Origin: Methanobacteriota archaeon
GTDB taxonomy: Archaea > Thermoplasmatota > Poseidoniia > Poseidoniales > Poseidoniaceae
Length of the DNA stretch: 64,000 nt
Assembly (NCBI GenBank): GCA_018650165.1
Contig: JABIGM010000041.1
Coordinates: 1 to 64,000, forward strand
Direction: 5' to 3'
Of this stretch, positions 8,923 through 18,295 are shown in pieces; positions within the stretch are counted from its first letter, which is position 1; each line of letters opens with the position of its first letter. The translations under genes and the position numbers were made by a program. Under the pieces are notes generated by a model, which saw nothing but the letters and a program-made list of their open reading frames with translations, was not told the DNA's origin and did no database searches.

Positions 8923-10473
8923 TTCATTAGCCTCTAAAACAGGCCTCTTGAGGCTAGTTGAGAAATCAACTAACTTTGCTCGAACTTTGATTTCGTCACC
9001 TTCTTTGTGTGATAGAATCATTTCATCGAACGCTACTGGTATCTTTACCAGACCAACATATGGTCCGCCATCTATCAAGCCATGAACAGATTGACCACCT
9101 CGGAATACAGGGTCGCCGATCAAAGTTCTCTCCATCTTTTGGATTCTAATATTAACGAGATAATCGGTAACTTGCTTTTCCATTAATTTCCGGCGTTCAC
9201 TAGTGAATCGAGCCTCTTCCATTTCAAGAATAAAGTTCTCAAATTCAGTATCTATCCCTTCAGTTAATTCACCGACTGGTGTATCATCTGTAGCAATTAC
9301 GGCCTCTTTAACCTCGCCTTCGGTTATTTCTTCTGGTACTGGCAGTTCCTCTTGCGCAATCTCGATTTCTTCAACGGCAGGTACCTCTTCGGCCAATTCA
9401 GTCACCTCAACATCCGCAGTAGATTCCTCTACCACTTGGTCAACATCGGAATCAACTTCATCAAGTACCGCATCTATTTCTTCATCGCTATACTCAGTCT
9501 CTTCTTCCAATTCAAATCCGAGTTGAGCCCATAGTCTATGAAGTTCGCTAGAATCTAATGTACCATCGCCATCAGTATCAAAATCTTTGATAGCATCTTT
9601 GACAATAAATACAGGAACAGTTAATCCCGTTGCTTTTGCTAGAGCGCCAGAAATCTCGATAGGTTCTAATTTGCCATCTCGGTTGAGATCACCAAGTTCC
9701 ATTAATAATTCAGGAGTCAAATTCTTTTCACGGATTTGATTAGATAATTGGTCTAGAATTACATTGTGTGCAACTTCTGATGCGGTTTGACCAGCCTCAT
9801 TTGTAGGTAATTTAGAATCGATTTTTTGCATATTTGTATCGATGCCTTGTTGTAACCTTTCCCGACCCTGTGTGCGTAACTCTTCTGCTCTTTCAATAGC
9901 GCGTTCACGTCCAGATTTTACAATCTTGGCAGCACCCATTGCTCCAATTCCACCTGCAGCAGCTACGGCTGTTAGTTTCAGAGCCTTACTAGCCAGTTTC
10001 GAATTGGTTAGGGCGTTGATTTTTTGTTCTTTGGAACCACCATTGATTCCATAAGCCCCAGCAAGGGTATCTAATTCACTAGGCTCTAAATCTTCCAAAT
10101 TTGAACCATTGCGAACTTCAGTAATAACCCGCGACAAGATTTGTGTGGATTGATCGTTGTATTGAGCGGCTCCACCTCTCCCAATTTGTTGGTTAGTTTC
10201 TACACTATCCGAGACCCAATTCCATTGGCCGCTAGCATCTTGTTGAAGGACCATTTTACCTTCCTGTGTAGTGAATGAGATGGCAGATGATGCAAGTGCC
10301 GCAACAACATAACCACATATTCCAAAGCCACAACAAACCTCAACAATCCACCCAGGTGCACTTGTAATTAAAACAGCTAGAAAACCAATGCCAATAGCGA
10401 ATCCGCTTCCCATTTTCAAAGCGCTACTCCATTCAGGTTCGGCGGTCACACGATGCCGAAACATCTTCAACAC
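8914..10473 (-). CDS. Membrane protein with HeH/SAP-like motif, EF-hand pair, acidic linker and C-terminal OB-like domain
   Basis: Two N-terminal TM segments; EF-hands DLNRDGKLEPIE and DTDGDGTLDSSE; long E/D-rich linker. The 519-aa ORF fills the gap between neighbours. Confidence 0.7.
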   Translation of the reverse strand: MLKMFRHRVTAEPEWSSALKMGSGFAIGIGFLAVLITSAPGWIVEVCCGFGICGYVVAALASSAISFTTQEGKMVLQQDASGQWNWVSDSVETNQQIGRGGAAQYNDQSTQILSRVITEVRNGSNLEDLEPSELDTLAGAYGINGGSKEQKINALTNSKLASKALKLTAVAAAGGIGAMGAAKIVKSGRERAIERAEELRTQGRERLQQGIDTNMQKIDSKLPTNEAGQTASEVAHNVILDQLSNQIREKNLTPELLMELGDLNRDGKLEPIEISGALAKATGLTVPVFIVKDAIKDFDTDGDGTLDSSELHRLWAQLGFELEEETEYSDEEIDAVLDEVDSDVDQVVEESTADVEVTELAEEVPAVEEIEIAQEELPVPEEITEGEVKEAVIATDDTPVGELTEGIDTEFENFILEMEEARFTSERRKLMEKQVTDYLVNIRIQKMERTLIGDPVFRGGQSVHGLIDGGPYVGLVKIPVAFDEMILSHKEGDEIKVRAKLVDFSTSLKRPVLEANELL

Positions 10474-10487
10474 TTAATTTGTAGGAC

Positions 10488-11741
10488 TCAGGGCCATTGA
10501 ACTTTAGGCCACTGGGATGAATCACCTTCATTCCAAGGAATCGTGCATAATGCCGTCTCCATTTGAGCGATTGATGTGTATCCGCGTTCTATTTGGATAC
10601 GATAAAGCCAATCTTTTAGCCGTCCGAGTTTCATCCCTGGTTCAAATTTGGTTTTTTTCATCAACCACTCTCCGTCTACCAAGCAGGTTATATCGGTGGG
10701 GTATTGCAGAGATTTTTCAATTAATGAAGTAACTTTTCCGGTAGCAGAAGCTAGAGAGATGTGTGTATTAACTTCCTTGGAAACTACCATTCTATAGAGG
10801 CGCAACTCGTGTTCCGCAGGGGTATTATCAATTAAAAAATGTAAATGTCTACAACGCTTGATAACTTTCTTAGGAGCCCTTAATCGCATCAATATATCAT
10901 TGACTTCTAACGATTTGAGCGAGGAGAACAATATAGCAATTCTCGCTTCGAGATCACTTGGCAACTTGGTTACCAATTCAAAGGATTCAAATGGTAACGG
11001 ATAACCAATAATCGCAGGTAGTACTCCGTCGCGGTTCATCCTTGCAAGAACGAAATCTGCATTGGGCCCCAGAATGATTCTTTCTAATTCATTCCAAATG
11101 CGTTCTATGGAGATTAGCGCTAACATCGCCCTATTGTCAATTAAAGCTGCTGATAATTGCTTATCAGGAAGCCATATGCCATTCTCTTGTCTATCCATAA
11201 ATCGGTAAGCACGCATTATGCGGAGCCCATCCTCTGACAATCTATGATGCGCATCTCCAACTGCACGTAGATTGCCTGATGCTAAGTCTTCCTTTCCACC
11301 AAATGGGTCGTGCAGTAATTCTCTCGCACAATCATATGCCATCGCATTCATTGTGAAATCACGCCGAGAAAGGTCGATTTCTAGACTTGTCCCCCATTCA
11401 ACAATATCAGGGCGCCTACCGTCGCCATAGCCAGTTTCAGTTCGAAGGGTAGTGACTTCAAATTGTGAGTTGCCACTCTTCACAGTGATGGTACCATATT
11501 TTTTCCCTGTTGGTATGGTCTTTTCAAAGGACTCAATGACTTGTTCCGGCGTTGCATCTGTACAAATATCGTACTCTGTAGGCTTTCTTCCCAACACACA
11601 GTCCCTTACAGCACCACCAACGATCCATGCGCCAAAACCCCCGGAGCATAGTACGTCCAATACATGAATTATATCGTCATCTATCGGAATTAGGTTCGGG
11701 ATATGCTCTCCCGAGATATCGGCGGCTCTCCCCTCCTCCAT
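10488..11741 (-). CDS. cca: Class II (bacterial-type) CCA tRNA nucleotidyltransferase / poly(A) polymerase family
   Basis: VGGAVRD, EVTTLRTE, RRDFTMNAM, DPFGG..DL, EDGLRIMRAYRF and ERIWNEL motifs. Start uncertain. Confidence 0.9.
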   Translation of the reverse strand: MEEGRAADISGEHIPNLIPIDDDIIHVLDVLCSGGFGAWIVGGAVRDCVLGRKPTEYDICTDATPEQVIESFEKTIPTGKKYGTITVKSGNSQFEVTTLRTETGYGDGRRPDIVEWGTSLEIDLSRRDFTMNAMAYDCARELLHDPFGGKEDLASGNLRAVGDAHHRLSEDGLRIMRAYRFMDRQENGIWLPDKQLSAALIDNRAMLALISIERIWNELERIILGPNADFVLARMNRDGVLPAIIGYPLPFESFELVTKLPSDLEARIAILFSSLKSLEVNDILMRLRAPKKVIKRCRHLHFLIDNTPAEHELRLYRMVVSKEVNTHISLASATGKVTSLIEKSLQYPTDITCLVDGEWLMKKTKFEPGMKLGRLKDWLYRIQIERGYTSIAQMETALCTIPWNEGDSSQWPKVQWP

Positions 11742-11801
11742 GTATTGTGTCGCGCACACCCTTTCCAAAGCATTATCCCAACTATCACCTTGGAATGTGC
11801 T

Positions 11802-12221
11802 ATGTCGTGGGAAGCAGAGGATGTCGCACTAGTTGATATTGATTGGTTGAAACCCCATGAAGAAATAAAAAATCGAAACAGGGACAAGCTTCTCGACATG
11901 ACAATGAGGTGGGGTGGTTTCACTAAGCCTCTATTGGTAGATTTAGTAACTGGGTCAATTCTTGATGGACACCACAGGTATTCAGTTGCACTTTCTCTAA
12001 ATCTGAAGAGAGTACCTGTAATATTAATTGATTATCTTGCTGACGATGAAATAACTGTAGATGTTTGGCCTAATTGTGGTTTAGAAAGTATTAGTAAATC
12101 TGATGTGATTTCGATGAGCCTCAGTGATGAATTGTATCCACCAAAGACCAGCAAACACACATTCGCCGACCATATTCCTCCGATTCATATCTTGCTTGAA
12201 GAACTTGAAAAAGCAGAATAA
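11802..12221 (+). CDS. ParB/Srx-fold protein resembling a minimal SerK (ADP-dependent serine kinase) catalytic domain
   Basis: LKPHEE, KPLLVD, ILDGHHR, PVILIDY and YPPKTSKH motifs align by eye with SerK PHE/DGHHR/SPKTTRH. Confidence 0.75.
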   Translation: MSWEAEDVALVDIDWLKPHEEIKNRNRDKLLDMTMRWGGFTKPLLVDLVTGSILDGHHRYSVALSLNLKRVPVILIDYLADDEITVDVWPNCGLESISKSDVISMSLSDELYPPKTSKHTFADHIPPIHILLEELEKAE

Positions 12222-13970
12222 TTAGCGGCGTGATGCTTTGATTGCATGCCAAATCTTGTTTCCTTTCCCTTCGACTTTGACTAAATGTTCGGGATGTCCA
12301 ACCGGCGTTATTTTGACGACTTGAATACCACCTTCTCTAGATATCGTTAATTCTGTAGAAAATCCTTTCTTGTCATAAATAGCAGCATTAATCTCTTTTA
12401 CTGATTTCACTCTTAACCCGTCAATAGCAATTATTTCATCACCCGTTTGTATTTGTTCTCGACATGGGGAGCCTGCTAAGTGAGTTCTGACGCTGGTGAT
12501 TCCAAGTGAGGTAGAAAGTTTCAACCCAAGCCATCCACCTTCTTTCTTTTTCTTTGGAACCATGTTTAATCCTAAACTTGCCATTGCAGCGGTAGTATCG
12601 GGTGCTTTTCTCTGGCTCACTAGTAAATCAAGCATGACTCCTAATCTTCGACCACCTGGTGTATTAACGAGCACCTGTTTGATATCTGAATGTGAGATTC
12701 CGGGTGAGTTTGTCTCGAGGTTGAATTTGTTGTACAACTCAACCATTACATCATCCATTCCGAATTCCCCTTTTGATCTACGTCGCAGTTCGACATCTAA
12801 ACAGAAAATTGCCATTTCACCTTCTAAGTAGTACGAAATTTGTACTTCTCGACTGTAAGAGTTAGGACGGTATAGATGAATCCAAGAATCATGACTGCTT
12901 TCTTGTAGAGATTCGAATTCCATTCCATTTCTGTCGAAATGCCTTTCCATCTTGCGAGTCCAATCTTTATTCCAATCTTCATCACTCCAAGCTCCGCTTC
13001 TCAGACAGATTATATCACCTAGCCAAGATGTTAATCCTTCGAACCACCACAATAGGTCGGTATGTACTTCTTTTTGTAAATCATAATCAAGGAAATTATT
13101 CGGTCTTAGTTGTTTGACATTCCACTGATGAAGGAATTCATGACTAAAAAGCGAGACCAAGTCTCGCCAGTCGTCCTCATTTCCTTCTTGCAGACATCTC
13201 CTTGGCATCATAGAGGTCTGACTTCGAAGATGTTCCAATCCACCTCTGCCACTATCGGTAAGATGCAGAACTGTCCAGTACTCTTTCCAACTTGGAACTC
13301 CAAATAGTGCAAAGTGCTCTTCAATAATCAATTTCATGGATTCAACAAATCGGTCAAGACCTTTTTGTGGTATTGGGACGGCACCAGAATCCCATAATTT
13401 GAGGTGTTGCGTACAGCCTTGAACCTCAAATGATATCATTTCATTAGAATTGGATTCGATAATAGCGTCGAGCAATTCGTCTCTTCCTTCTGCAAACCAT
13501 TCGCCCTCCTTCCCGGGAAGTTGAATTGCAGTTTGCCAATTTTTAGGTTTATCGAGAGTCACTCTATGTGATTTATTCATCCGTTCAGCATCGATACCTC
13601 TCGTTGGAAGCATCCAAGTGTATGGTGGCATAATGTGGATGTGGGTTGTATCTAAATGATTAGCTCTACAAGTCATTTCAGCAGCCAGAACCTTGTATGT
13701 GATTACTACCTTACTAGCTCCGCTAACACCCTGTATCTTCACGCCATCCACGTCAATACGCTTCACATGAATTTCATTTCCATCACAGGTTGCAGATAGT
13801 TCGGAAAGATGTTGCATCGGCTCTCTAATCAGATACGACCCCGGAATCCATCTTGGGAATCTAAGTTCCAAGATATTGCCAACGAATGGGCCATCAATTT
13901 CAATTCGAATTCCCAATCGGCGACTAGCACCATTGGTGGCATCTGCATGAAAATTAATTCCCGAAATCAT
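12222..13970 (-). CDS. M61 family glycyl aminopeptidase with C-terminal PDZ domain
   Basis: PRWIPGSYLIRE, GGLEH, SHEFLHQWN (HExxH), LWWFEGLTSW, ISYYLEG; PDZ GWLGL...GDEIIAIDG. Confidence 0.93.
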   Translation of the reverse strand: MISGINFHADATNGASRRLGIRIEIDGPFVGNILELRFPRWIPGSYLIREPMQHLSELSATCDGNEIHVKRIDVDGVKIQGVSGASKVVITYKVLAAEMTCRANHLDTTHIHIMPPYTWMLPTRGIDAERMNKSHRVTLDKPKNWQTAIQLPGKEGEWFAEGRDELLDAIIESNSNEMISFEVQGCTQHLKLWDSGAVPIPQKGLDRFVESMKLIIEEHFALFGVPSWKEYWTVLHLTDSGRGGLEHLRSQTSMMPRRCLQEGNEDDWRDLVSLFSHEFLHQWNVKQLRPNNFLDYDLQKEVHTDLLWWFEGLTSWLGDIICLRSGAWSDEDWNKDWTRKMERHFDRNGMEFESLQESSHDSWIHLYRPNSYSREVQISYYLEGEMAIFCLDVELRRRSKGEFGMDDVMVELYNKFNLETNSPGISHSDIKQVLVNTPGGRRLGVMLDLLVSQRKAPDTTAAMASLGLNMVPKKKKEGGWLGLKLSTSLGITSVRTHLAGSPCREQIQTGDEIIAIDGLRVKSVKEINAAIYDKKGFSTELTISREGGIQVVKITPVGHPEHLVKVEGKGNKIWHAIKASRR

Positions 13971-14926
13971 GTTTCCTCACCTGATAACTCAGAGACGGAG
14001 GCAGATAGGTTCATCGCTGCGATTCTCACCAGAGGGGAATCATCTTTTGCAACATCACTAAGCCTAACTAAATCAACATCTGTTCGTCCATCCATTTGTT
14101 CTATGAGTTTCGATCTCGACCTAGAATTCAAGGTTCTATTTTCGATCATCGACCAGCGCAACGAAGATGCCTTTTTGTCATGGCGTAAACGTAACCAACG
14201 TACAATAATCTCAGGACAATATTCTGAAATTGAATTAATTCTACTATCAACCTCTAGAACTTCACTTCGAAGAGTGTCAGCAATCGACTTTCGAACCTTT
14301 GGATTAGAATCCCGGCATGCTTTTTCAAGCATATCCCCACCTATTTTTACTGTGAGTGAAGCAACTAGTGAACGTAGCGCAGGGTCACTGGAGCCAAGTC
14401 CTTTGTCAAGAGTAGTTTGGCTTAATTCTAAACCTTCTCTTGAAGCGGTGGAAATTGCAGATTTACGAACCAAAGAATGAACGTCAGTAATCAGTGAAGA
14501 AATCAATTCGGTATCGGTAGAGTTTTCAGCAGCAACAATTCGAATCGAATGATGTGCGTCAAGGGCAAATGTTCCATGAAGCGAATCGATATTTGCCAAA
14601 CTCTTAGCAGCAAAAGAACGAGTAATATGGTCATCATCTTCCAATAATTGGTGTGAGATATCTGGGGCTTCAATCCTTTCAAGAAGTTCACCAGCAACCC
14701 GTTTGTGATTTTTTAATAGAGGTAACAAATCATCTGCATTGTTTGCCCATTTACGGTGTGCGTCTAGAGATTTATTCCTAAACCAAGCATCGCTATCATC
14801 GAGCAGCGGTATGAAACCCTTCAATGCACGTGGATTATCATCGTCAAACAAATTTCGGACAGCACGCCTTCTAACTCTGACATCTTTGTTAGAAAGACGA
14901 GCGATTTCAGATTCCATTCCTGCCAA
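13967..14926 (-). CDS. HEAT-repeat protein
   Basis: Repeated DxDxxVRxxA units (DKDVRVRRRA, DDSDAWFRNK, DDDHITRSFA, DSNPKVRKS, DDSPLVRIAA). Confidence 0.8.
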   Translation of the reverse strand: MAGMESEIARLSNKDVRVRRRAVRNLFDDDNPRALKGFIPLLDDSDAWFRNKSLDAHRKWANNADDLLPLLKNHKRVAGELLERIEAPDISHQLLEDDDHITRSFAAKSLANIDSLHGTFALDAHHSIRIVAAENSTDTELISSLITDVHSLVRKSAISTASREGLELSQTTLDKGLGSSDPALRSLVASLTVKIGGDMLEKACRDSNPKVRKSIADTLRSEVLEVDSRINSISEYCPEIIVRWLRLRHDKKASSLRWSMIENRTLNSRSRSKLIEQMDGRTDVDLVRLSDVAKDDSPLVRIAAMNLSASVSELSGEET

Positions 14927-14935
14927 ATAAACACC

Positions 14936-15898
14936 TCATGGAATAAAATCGGAATGATTACTTTTTTGATCTGTCTCATCGGGTGAGGCGAAAGATGCCA
15001 ATTTTGAATCAGCCATTGATTGAATCATAGGCCACAAATGTACAAACCATTCACCTTTTTGTAAAATCAATTTCATCATTGGATGTTGTGATGGGTCCTC
15101 CATTTCTTCAGGAGGGGGTAGGTCATCAGGCAATTGTCTTAATTCAGCTACCAAATCATATAATTGGCCTCTATCCTCGCTAGCAATAACTCCAATTTCA
15201 CTCATTAGTTCGACTATATGTTCAACGATTTCGGCCATTTCTTCGGGTGAAGGAATTTCAACTACTGAATCTTGAATATCTACAGGACCAAAAATCACAC
15301 TACCTAAGTCGGTTTCAAATAATTCATCATCTTGTTTTTCAATTTTCAGTAATCGTTGTGATTCACGATTTCCGATTGGGGCAATTGAAAAACCTCCAGT
15401 CACCATTACTTGAATGAGCCATTCTGGTAATTCTTCTATTTGCCCTGTAACCAATGCCCTGTTTACAGGAGGTAATGTTATTTTTGAGGTATCGGTAATT
15501 GTATGACATTCAATGGTCGGATAACCTCGCAAATTATCTGATAAATGAGCAATTACTTCATGTGAAGGGTCGAGAACAGTAACATGCCCACTCTCCCCTA
15601 CAATATGGGCTACTAAGGCGCACAAATATCCCCCTTTTGCTCCATAAATTACAATTTCTTGCCCCTCATCTAATTCGAGATTATGTAGTAATGTAGCAAT
15701 CATATGTGGTGCGGAAATGGTTTTTACTCCACCATTGGGAATTTCAAGAAACACAACTGGGCGATCTTTGTAGAAACCTTCAGTTTCAAATTCAGTAAAA
15801 TCTTCGATATCAACCTTCATCATTGCATGTTCGACTTTTAGGGGCACCTTGACGCCAGAATCCCTTAGGCGTTTAATCAAATCAGATATATTGACCAT
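14936..15898 (-). CDS. Protein-L-isoaspartate O-methyltransferase-like protein with degenerate SAM motif and C-terminal extension
   Basis: TISAPHMIATLLHNLEL, GY..ALVAHIVG, PEWLIQVMVTGG..IAPIG and SVIFGPV follow the Pcm pattern; motif I reads VIYGAKGGY. Confidence 0.8.
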   Translation of the reverse strand: MVNISDLIKRLRDSGVKVPLKVEHAMMKVDIEDFTEFETEGFYKDRPVVFLEIPNGGVKTISAPHMIATLLHNLELDEGQEIVIYGAKGGYLCALVAHIVGESGHVTVLDPSHEVIAHLSDNLRGYPTIECHTITDTSKITLPPVNRALVTGQIEELPEWLIQVMVTGGFSIAPIGNRESQRLLKIEKQDDELFETDLGSVIFGPVDIQDSVVEIPSPEEMAEIVEHIVELMSEIGVIASEDRGQLYDLVAELRQLPDDLPPPEEMEDPSQHPMMKLILQKGEWFVHLWPMIQSMADSKLASFASPDETDQKSNHSDFIP

Positions 15899-15937
15899 AA
15901 TTGTCCCTCAATTCGATGATTAGTAAACTCTCCGAAA

Positions 15938-16747
15938 TCAACTATCATCTTTATCTGTTTTTATTTTTTCAAGATTCATATTTGTATGCATATTAGTAAG
16001 TAATTTTTTGAAATTATTATCTGTGGAATAACCAAGCGTTTCGGAATCAGATTCAACCATTTCCTTGAGCATAGAATAATCATCATAATTTATTCTGATG
16101 TTTGAGAAAGAGCCCAGTAGGTCATCCATTACAATGGATTCAATTCTACTCAAATGTTCAGCAAGAGTTGCTCTGGCAAGTCCTAATTCCTCTGACATCT
16201 CAGAAATCCTTACCTTCTTACTGGGATTATACCATCCTTTGTCATATGCAAATTTTACTAATTTCAATTGCTTTTGACTTAATGGGCCCGAATTAAGAGT
16301 AGCGTTCAGGTCAAGGTTTCGTGCAGAAATTCGATCAGGCTTAGCCATTAATCGAGCCATTGCTGCTACTAATCTGAGCCTTATGTTTCCTCCCTGAATA
16401 ATGTAGGTTAAACCGGTCTGGTCAAGTCTGCACCCAGGTACAGCAGTGGTGCCATTTGTGCGAGCATTAAAGTTAGAAAGAGGATGAGATAGGCGTACAT
16501 TAAGCATATAACTTTCAGAATCCGTTTCGGGAGTGTAGTGTATCTCCAATAATTCAAGGAAATATAATGAATTCAAATCTTCAGGTTTTCTACCTGGCTT
16601 GAAACTCGTTTTCATCAACATTCTGATGTCGTTCGGCGTTCTTTTGATATAAGCGACAAACACTGCACTTGTGACAATCTCTAGCATTGGAGCAATATCG
16701 GTTTCAACCAAGCGAGCCCTCTTCCAAAATAGAGTGATTTCTCGCAT
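15938..16747 (-). CDS. Bacterio-opsin-activator-type (HTH_10) transcriptional regulator
   Basis: LSQKQLKLVKFAYDKGWYNPSKKVRISEMSEELGLARATLAEHLSRIE is the HTH_10 signature. Confidence 0.85.
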   Translation of the reverse strand: MREITLFWKRARLVETDIAPMLEIVTSAVFVAYIKRTPNDIRMLMKTSFKPGRKPEDLNSLYFLELLEIHYTPETDSESYMLNVRLSHPLSNFNARTNGTTAVPGCRLDQTGLTYIIQGGNIRLRLVAAMARLMAKPDRISARNLDLNATLNSGPLSQKQLKLVKFAYDKGWYNPSKKVRISEMSEELGLARATLAEHLSRIESIVMDDLLGSFSNIRINYDDYSMLKEMVESDSETLGYSTDNNFKKLLTNMHTNMNLEKIKTDKDDS

Positions 16748-16788
16748 ATTTATTCACATACTAAGTTTTGGTATTACTTCTCCGTTAA

Positions 16789-17478
16789 TTATCGACCTTT
16801 ATTTGTTACAACTAACATTCCTAATACCAATCCGGCAACTGCTCCAACGAATGCCAGCATCGGTTGTTCTGGTGCTACTGAATATAGGCCCATTGCACCA
16901 GCAGCCATCAATGGAGGGCACAGCATCATCGACCTTGTGATGATTACAGATCTATCCAGAACTACTTTTGGAACTACAGTTAGTGATTTGGTTCTCCTTT
17001 GAATTCTTGAGGTTCCAACTTTTTCTTCAAGTATTGGTAATGTCCTATCACGGAGAGAAGTATCGTTCTTTGGAAAGCGGAACACAAGTTTACATTTTTC
17101 AGCTACCTGTAAAGCCTTTTCAATAATAAGAAGGGGGTTAGATGAATTCGAAAGAGAGATTGAAACACCCATGCCCTCGCCTCTAATGTGAGATAGTGCC
17201 CTCCAACCCCCAATTCCTTCATTGAATTCTTCTAGAGCCAAACGAACATTAGTCACATCAGCATCATTTTCGGGCCTTCCTCTCTTCCTTCCAGATGCAA
17301 GTATAGGTGTCAAAAACAATGCACACAAAACAATGGTTAGCCCCCAAAGAAAGGCTGCTAAACGAATACCATCTACCCGGACACTCATTGCAATAGCAAC
17401 GGCTAGCATGAATCCTGAATACAGACCTAAGACAATAGATGCAGAGAGTGCCCGATTGAATCCCACCTTCTCCTCCAT
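16789..17478 (-). CDS. Hypothetical membrane protein (4 predicted TM segments)
   Basis: 229-aa ORF filling the gap, with hydrophobic helix pairs at both ends. Confidence 0.6.
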   Translation of the reverse strand: MEEKVGFNRALSASIVLGLYSGFMLAVAIAMSVRVDGIRLAAFLWGLTIVLCALFLTPILASGRKRGRPENDADVTNVRLALEEFNEGIGGWRALSHIRGEGMGVSISLSNSSNPLLIIEKALQVAEKCKLVFRFPKNDTSLRDRTLPILEEKVGTSRIQRRTKSLTVVPKVVLDRSVIITRSMMLCPPLMAAGAMGLYSVAPEQPMLAFVGAVAGLVLGMLVVTNKGR

Positions 17479-17536
17479 GATTCATCCACTACAACCAGAG
17501 GAAAAACATATCCGCTTAGACCCTTTCGAAATTAAT

Positions 17537-18295
17537 ATGGAGCGAAATGGACTAGAGAGCCGTTCACGCGAACGTAAAGTTGGTAACTGGGTATGGGGTA
17601 TTTTCGCTTTTTTCCTAATTTCATTTTTCTTGGTACCTGCATATTTACCGGGAGATAGTGTCCCTGATTTATCAGGTAGAGCGAATGCTATTGATTATTA
17701 TTCTGAGGATTCATGGGGAAATACTCAGACTGAAGATGGTGAAAAGGTCGGACATAATCAAAGCCGCCACGGGCTCTTCTCATGGGGTGAACTAGACCCA
17801 TATGCCGCTTTTATCTATGCCTTTGGGGATTTAAATTGCCATAATAAAGAAGAGCGTTCCTGGGAGATTAATGGAAATCAAATGCCAGTTTGCGTCAGAG
17901 ATATCGGAATTTTCCTGGGCCTAGCACTTGGTGGTTTTATCTTCTCGAGGCGCGGTTTGAATCGATGGACTCTACGCGATACCTTTCTTTCATTGTTTCC
18001 CGATGATAAACTCGAATCCATCTATAGAAACAATCATAGGACTCGGGCAGTAGTTATTATTGCAATAATTTTTATTCTCCCAATGGCATTAGATGGGTTC
18101 ACTCAAATGCTTACAGCATATGAATCAAATGCAATGATGAGGCTACTTACTGGAATGCCATTTGGAATATTTTTGGGCCTATTTATTGGTTCATCACTTT
18201 CTGCGCGTGCTTCATTTTTCTCAAATAATGCAGGATCGGTAATACTCCCCTCAGGTAGCCGTTTTACGATGGTTGCTGAAAGTGAAGAAGAGTGA
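17537..18295 (+). CDS. DUF2085-family membrane protein
   Basis: YAFGDLNCHNKEERSWEINGNQMPVCVRDIGIFLG and PMALDGFTQ...ESNAMMRLLTG motifs. Start set at ATG 17537. Confidence 0.8.
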   Translation: MERNGLESRSRERKVGNWVWGIFAFFLISFFLVPAYLPGDSVPDLSGRANAIDYYSEDSWGNTQTEDGEKVGHNQSRHGLFSWGELDPYAAFIYAFGDLNCHNKEERSWEINGNQMPVCVRDIGIFLGLALGGFIFSRRGLNRWTLRDTFLSLFPDDKLESIYRNNHRTRAVVIIAIIFILPMALDGFTQMLTAYESNAMMRLLTGMPFGIFLGLFIGSSLSARASFFSNNAGSVILPSGSRFTMVAESEEE

